64,000 bases of DNA, taken from NCBI GenBank assembly GCA_011364965.1, contig RDOB01000003.1:304939-368938 (forward strand). The letters are read 5' to 3'. Below, in pieces: positions 59,645 through 64,000 of this stretch. Source of the stretch: Candidatus Heimdallarchaeota archaeon (GTDB lineage: Archaea > Asgardarchaeota > Heimdallarchaeia > Hodarchaeales > Hodarchaeaceae). The notes beneath the pieces are model-generated. The model was not told the origin of the DNA, did no database searches, and saw only the letters and a program-made list of their open reading frames with translations. The position numbers and the translations under genes are program-made. Within the stretch, counting starts at the first letter, position 1. Each line of letters starts with the position of its first letter.

Positions 59645-61384
59645 ATGATAAAATTGTCAACTTACTATTTTGAAAGTAAGACTGAACATCTAATCACTAA
59701 GAAATTCTATTTGGGACTAGGGATTATCATAGGAATATTGGGTTTAATATTAGGGATCATGGGACAACAACCAATTGAAATAATCTTCGGAATTATCATT
59801 CCGTGCATAGTTCTTTTATTTGTAACCGTAAGCTATGGTTTGGAACTACTGATAAGAAAAATGGACGAAAAATTTAATTATAAACTAGAGTTCGATCGAT
59901 CAGAACTTCGAATATATAGAAAGAAAGGCCCGATAGAAAGCTATGTCTATGGAGATCTACGTTATCGCGCAGAACCTGAAATTATTGATGAAGAAGGGAG
60001 ATTAAAAAACTTACACATAACTGATGAGGAATTTAACGAAGTTTGTGAAACAATTGTAATTATGGATTCTAAGGATAATGAGGTAATAAGCTGCAACCTC
60101 GGGTGTATTGAGAAATATGATATGTTACTTGAAGATGTAGCATCAAAAATTACTCCGTGGACTCCAGAAACCAAACTTATTGAAGAAACAAAGGTCTTTT
60201 CTTATAGCAAGATACCAATTATTTGTACTATACTCTCTATTGTTTTCTATTTCATTTCATTAGGGATTCTAGTGGAACTTATAGAGGCGGATTTTCTTTT
60301 TTTGGGTTCTTTAACAGGTGCATTAATCTATTTCATGTTTGACACGATGCTGTTTAGTCTGTATACATTAATTTGTTATATGACTGCAAAACCAGGAAGT
60401 ATTTTCCCGATCACATTAACAAGAGAGGGACTTTTATTTAGTCAATCCTCTGCAATTCTACCTTGGGATCACCTAGATATCTATTATTATGGATTAAAAC
60501 GACCTAATCTACGAATCCAGTGTCAAAACAAATCAATAACGTTCAATCCTATGTGGGTTAAGAATTATTCGGAATTTAGAAAAGCTACAAAACCCCATCT
60601 TAGATATACAGGATTTTTAAAGAAGAAAAAAACGAAAAATGGCGTTACAAGACGAATTTTAATAAAAAACTTGATAGCTCATGCTATTAAAGAATATCAG
60701 CTTTTTCTTCTAATAAGTGCTCTATTGTTGGTTACAACATCAAATGTTCTTATTTTTACACCCATTGTAAATTCCATGCATATAGATTATTCAAATCAGC
60801 TAATATTTCAGAACTCTGACACTACTCTAGAGAGTTTTAGTCTATCAAGTCCAATAGCAAAATCATATAAATGGGAGCTTGCTTTTACCTTGGTAGGGAA
60901 TATAGCTGCTTATGAGATATTCTGGAATTTTCAAACAGAATACGATCTATACAGTAATTTAACCAGTGGAATAATTGACTATAGAATGGTTCTGAAGCTA
61001 AATAGAAATACTAACGCGGTCGTGAATAGGACTGCTTACAGTACCATTGAGTTCACCAATAGCTCCTATCTGCATGCAGGGTGGAGTAACTATAAGGGTG
61101 AGTTAGATCCCAATTATTTTCAGGAAGGAGACAATATTGCGGAATTCACTGTAATTATTTACTCAAATTATCTCCTTACGGTTACTGAAACAGGACGATT
61201 TAACTGGAATACAAGTGGATTCACCTTAACATTCAACGCAGTAAATACAGGAGATGGGATTCCAGAAGCCGCGAAACTCTTTCCAGGCTTTAACGCGTAT
61301 ATAACTGAAGCTTTTATTTTATTAGCGTTACTTCCTTTTGCTTCAGTTATTGATATGCGATTTAAAAAGATAAGAATTACATAA
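59645..61384 (+). CDS. Multi-pass membrane hypothetical protein
   Basis: TM pairs alternating with soluble segments; extracellular domain with NxS/T sequons; C-terminal TM. Confidence 0.65.
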   Translation: MIKLSTYYFESKTEHLITKKFYLGLGIIIGILGLILGIMGQQPIEIIFGIIIPCIVLLFVTVSYGLELLIRKMDEKFNYKLEFDRSELRIYRKKGPIESYVYGDLRYRAEPEIIDEEGRLKNLHITDEEFNEVCETIVIMDSKDNEVISCNLGCIEKYDMLLEDVASKITPWTPETKLIEETKVFSYSKIPIICTILSIVFYFISLGILVELIEADFLFLGSLTGALIYFMFDTMLFSLYTLICYMTAKPGSIFPITLTREGLLFSQSSAILPWDHLDIYYYGLKRPNLRIQCQNKSITFNPMWVKNYSEFRKATKPHLRYTGFLKKKKTKNGVTRRILIKNLIAHAIKEYQLFLLISALLLVTTSNVLIFTPIVNSMHIDYSNQLIFQNSDTTLESFSLSSPIAKSYKWELAFTLVGNIAAYEIFWNFQTEYDLYSNLTSGIIDYRMVLKLNRNTNAVVNRTAYSTIEFTNSSYLHAGWSNYKGELDPNYFQEGDNIAEFTVIIYSNYLLTVTETGRFNWNTSGFTLTFNAVNTGDGIPEAAKLFPGFNAYITEAFILLALLPFASVIDMRFKKIRIT

Positions 61385-61451
61385 ATCTTAGGTTTTGGAG
61401 TCAAGACATAACATCATGCAAAATACACTAGTAATCCATTAATAACCATAA

Positions 61452-61877
61452 AAATCTATCACGGTTATAATAGAAATTATTGGGTTATTTTTAATAGAAA
61501 GAGATCTAAAATGGAATGTTTCAGATCTAGATCACAAAGGTGGGGAATTTTTTGTTTATCAGAATGGAACTATAATCATTGAGGATTATTACAGTACAGG
61601 AGAAACTATTGATGTAAGATGTACAAACCTCAATGTGGGAGTTTGGAATATCACGATTGTAGTGAAAGATGCTGATGGATTTAACGCTACCCATTCCGTG
61701 ATACTTATAACCACAACTCAATCAGAGTACGAAGAGACTGATCCGACTGATCCCCTTTCAGAACCAGAACTTTCAACCAAATCACCACCACCGCACAATA
61801 CTCAGGGTTTTGACCTGATAGCAGTCATAGCAACAATAATAGCAACAGGGTGTACGCGAAAAAGTGAATCCAAATAG
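61452..61877 (+). pseudogene. Remnant C-terminus of an Ig-like surface protein with decayed QGF-CTERM anchor
   Basis: Open frame from 61452 encodes WNVSD...VYQNG...NLNVGVWNITIVVKDADG...HSV, a P/T/E linker, QGF and a short TM; no signal peptide or proper start. Confidence 0.5.
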
Positions 61878-61954
61878 AGGGGAAACGATTCTCTGGTAGA
61901 TAAGGATATCTCAGGGAAACCTTATTAGTATCACTGGAGTTCTAGTCATTAAGA

Positions 61955-63184
61955 ATGATGAGGTTTCAAAATTCAAAATACATTGAGATTACACATACTA
62001 TCCATCTAAAAATCCCTAAGGGTATAACTCAAGTAAATACTTATTTTTCAATCCCTAGTGAACATTTAAATCAAAAAAATATTCTCATAAAAGAAATTTA
62101 CCCTTCTCCTCTTGCATATTTGAATATAGAAGACAATAACGTTGCATATTTTGAGTGTAAATCTTCCAACCGAATTAAAATCAAATATCAATTTATTACT
62201 TCGGAATTCATACTTGAAAAAAATAATTCAATGACAGATCTTTCGCCAAATGAATATAAAAGATTTACATGTAGTCAAAAACTCATCCAACTGAATAATG
62301 AGATTAAAACCCTCGCTCACGATATTGTTAAAATAGAAAAGGAGCCATTAAAACAAGCTAAGTTATTGTTTGTCTGGATTATTAAGAATATTAAATATGA
62401 AAAGCCATCCATTAATTTTGGGAATCTCATAGCTTTACATCAAAAGAAGGGGGATTGCGGAAATATGAGCTTCCTCTTTGTTTCTCTCTGTCGGGCTCTG
62501 AATATTCCAGCAAGAGTCATATTTGGGTGGTGGACGATAAGCTCGGGAAAAACAGGACCACATGCTTGGGCAGAATGTTTCATAAAAAATTATGGGTGGA
62601 TTCCTGTTGATTGTGCCACTTCACGGTTAATTAAACAAGCTAAACGTAGATTGAATCTTTTTTCAGGTATTGATTTCTATGATATCACACCAGATCCAAG
62701 CTATTACTTTGGCAACATCGATAATAAGAGGGTTATTTATTCTATTGGATCAGAGCTAGAGGTACCTCATTCATATCCGGAATTTGAGATTAAAAAATTT
62801 TCGAAATTAAAACTAAATCTGAATGGATCTCCGTATATTTGGGGAAAATTATCACCAGAACAACAAATTCTTTGGCTTCAACCTTTTTTTATTGATTTTA
62901 AAAGAGAACAGGAAAGTCCCAATCATTATCCTTCTTACAAGAGTAAATTAGTGATCAGTACTCCCATTAAAGCCAGATTAAATTATTATTCTCATATGAT
63001 ATCAGGAATCTTAATTTTCCCTTCAATTCTTGCATTTATCATACTAGAGAATCCGATTCTACTACTGCTAACAAGCTTAGTTCATATTCTATCCGCAGTA
63101 TTCCTCTGGAAAGGAGCTACAAGGATTTTTTATATCTGTATTCTATTCCTTCTTCTTAGCTTCATCTTCTTAACCCTAATTTAA
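61955..63184 (+). CDS. Transglutaminase-like domain protein with C-terminal TMs
   Basis: GDCG (Cys), CRALNIPARV..G, HAWAE (His), GWIPVD (Asp). Confidence 0.88.
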   Translation: MMRFQNSKYIEITHTIHLKIPKGITQVNTYFSIPSEHLNQKNILIKEIYPSPLAYLNIEDNNVAYFECKSSNRIKIKYQFITSEFILEKNNSMTDLSPNEYKRFTCSQKLIQLNNEIKTLAHDIVKIEKEPLKQAKLLFVWIIKNIKYEKPSINFGNLIALHQKKGDCGNMSFLFVSLCRALNIPARVIFGWWTISSGKTGPHAWAECFIKNYGWIPVDCATSRLIKQAKRRLNLFSGIDFYDITPDPSYYFGNIDNKRVIYSIGSELEVPHSYPEFEIKKFSKLKLNLNGSPYIWGKLSPEQQILWLQPFFIDFKREQESPNHYPSYKSKLVISTPIKARLNYYSHMISGILIFPSILAFIILENPILLLLTSLVHILSAVFLWKGATRIFYICILFLLLSFIFLTLI

Positions 63185-63535
63185 ACCTCATTAATTGGAA
63201 CCCTAACAGATGAGAATAAAAAATGCAAATTAAGAAAATGAAGAGCTATTAATACTAAAATTTTTAGTGAAATTGATTGTAAATGAGAGTTAGAAAACTT
63301 TAAAAGGAGCATGTTTGTAGAAAAACTGAAAATGACAAAAATGCCACTATTCACGGTTTTCTAATAGCTCTCGTAGACTTTATACAAAAGGGGATACAAT
63401 GCCAAAGCGGAATATAACAGAACGGTTTATGGATAATTTACTCCTCCTATATGTAGCATCAGAGTATCGAGAGGGAAGTTTTGTGGGATATAGATAAGCT
63501 TATACAAAAACAACCAAGTTCCAAAATTCTTTACA

Positions 63536-64000
63536 TTATTCTGGAGGGCCTCGTTCAATTATTTTTTGAATTTCCTTCAAAGAACACCTTTCTGACCAGA
63601 AAGCCTCTAATAGCCAAGTACAACCAATATCCATGAAGTCATGGATATAAGCATCTTCCTCTTTGTCTCCAACTGTCAGTATGCTTTTTACAACATCAAA
63701 TGAGTCCAATGAGCCCCTATACTTTCTAATATAACTCATGATTTCTTGATAATCTTGAGGATATAATGAGGGATCAGATCCAGTTTTCAATGGAAAAATT
63801 CCATCATATTTAGCAGCTCGTTGAAATGGTTTTTTATTTGGCCATGTACCTCCGACCCAGATCTTTATATTGCCTTCTGGTTTAAATTTAATTGGTTCTT
63901 TTATCTTATAATGTTTTCCATCAAAGGTAAAGGGTTTTCCAGACCACAATCCTTTTAGAATCTCTAAAGATTCATCAAGCATCTCTCCTCTAATCTTAGG
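63536..64000 (-). CDS. LLM-class flavin-dependent oxidoreductase (3' part; start beyond right edge)
   Basis: Frame open to the window edge (PKIRGEMLDE.L.I...LW.G..F.F.GKHY); IWVGG; RAAKYDG. Confidence 0.8.
   Translation of the reverse strand, partial: PKIRGEMLDESLEILKGLWSGKPFTFDGKHYKIKEPIKFKPEGNIKIWVGGTWPNKKPFQRAAKYDGIFPLKTGSDPSLYPQDYQEIMSYIRKYRGSLDSFDVVKSILTVGDKEEDAYIHDFMDIGCTWLLEAFWSERCSLKEIQKIIERGPPE

Noticed and set aside
45292-64000. Bioluminescence system from luxE/luxC plus the luciferase-like (LLM) gene at the right edge
   Set aside because: The LLM gene is over 15 kb away, is a generic LLM-class protein, and there is no luxAB pair, luxD or luxG

Overview
AT-rich archaeal chromosomal segment, most consistent with an Asgard (Heimdallarchaeia/Hodarchaeales-like) genome. 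This placement is inferred from RadA, archaeal TATA promoters, CTERM-anchored Ig/FN3/kelch surface proteins and a double Lrp regulator. The left part (1-22.7 kb) is metabolic and housekeeping: citF with citryl-CoA lyase, a GMC oxidoreductase, a pseudogenised cation/H+ antiporter, vWA and WD40 surface proteins, HtpG, rubredoxin-FprA, AKR, ACAD, tmk, parvulin, a LeuA-like enzyme and a GT-C glycosyltransferase. The centre (22.9-45.2 kb) is a dense DNA repair/recombination island. It holds GIY-YIG, a Cas4/AddB-like pseudo-nuclease, two RecA-fold paralogues, RadA, XPD, a degenerate Hef/FANCM, an MmcB-like nuclease and an Hrq1/MrfA helicase, interleaved with membrane proteins and a 1594-aa surface protein. 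Most transcription units of the island, the adjacent luxE-luxC pair and one unannotated small ORF share a 15-bp promoter element, wTTTYGRRTATWTAA (9 copies, three divergent back-to-back pairs). This suggests an undescribed co-regulated programme for DNA damage response and/or DNA exchange. The right part holds HEAT, Lrp, dodecin, MFS, SDR, kelch-FN3, phytol/dolichol kinase, transglutaminase, LLM and gene remnants. No rRNA, tRNA, CRISPR array or transposase was seen.
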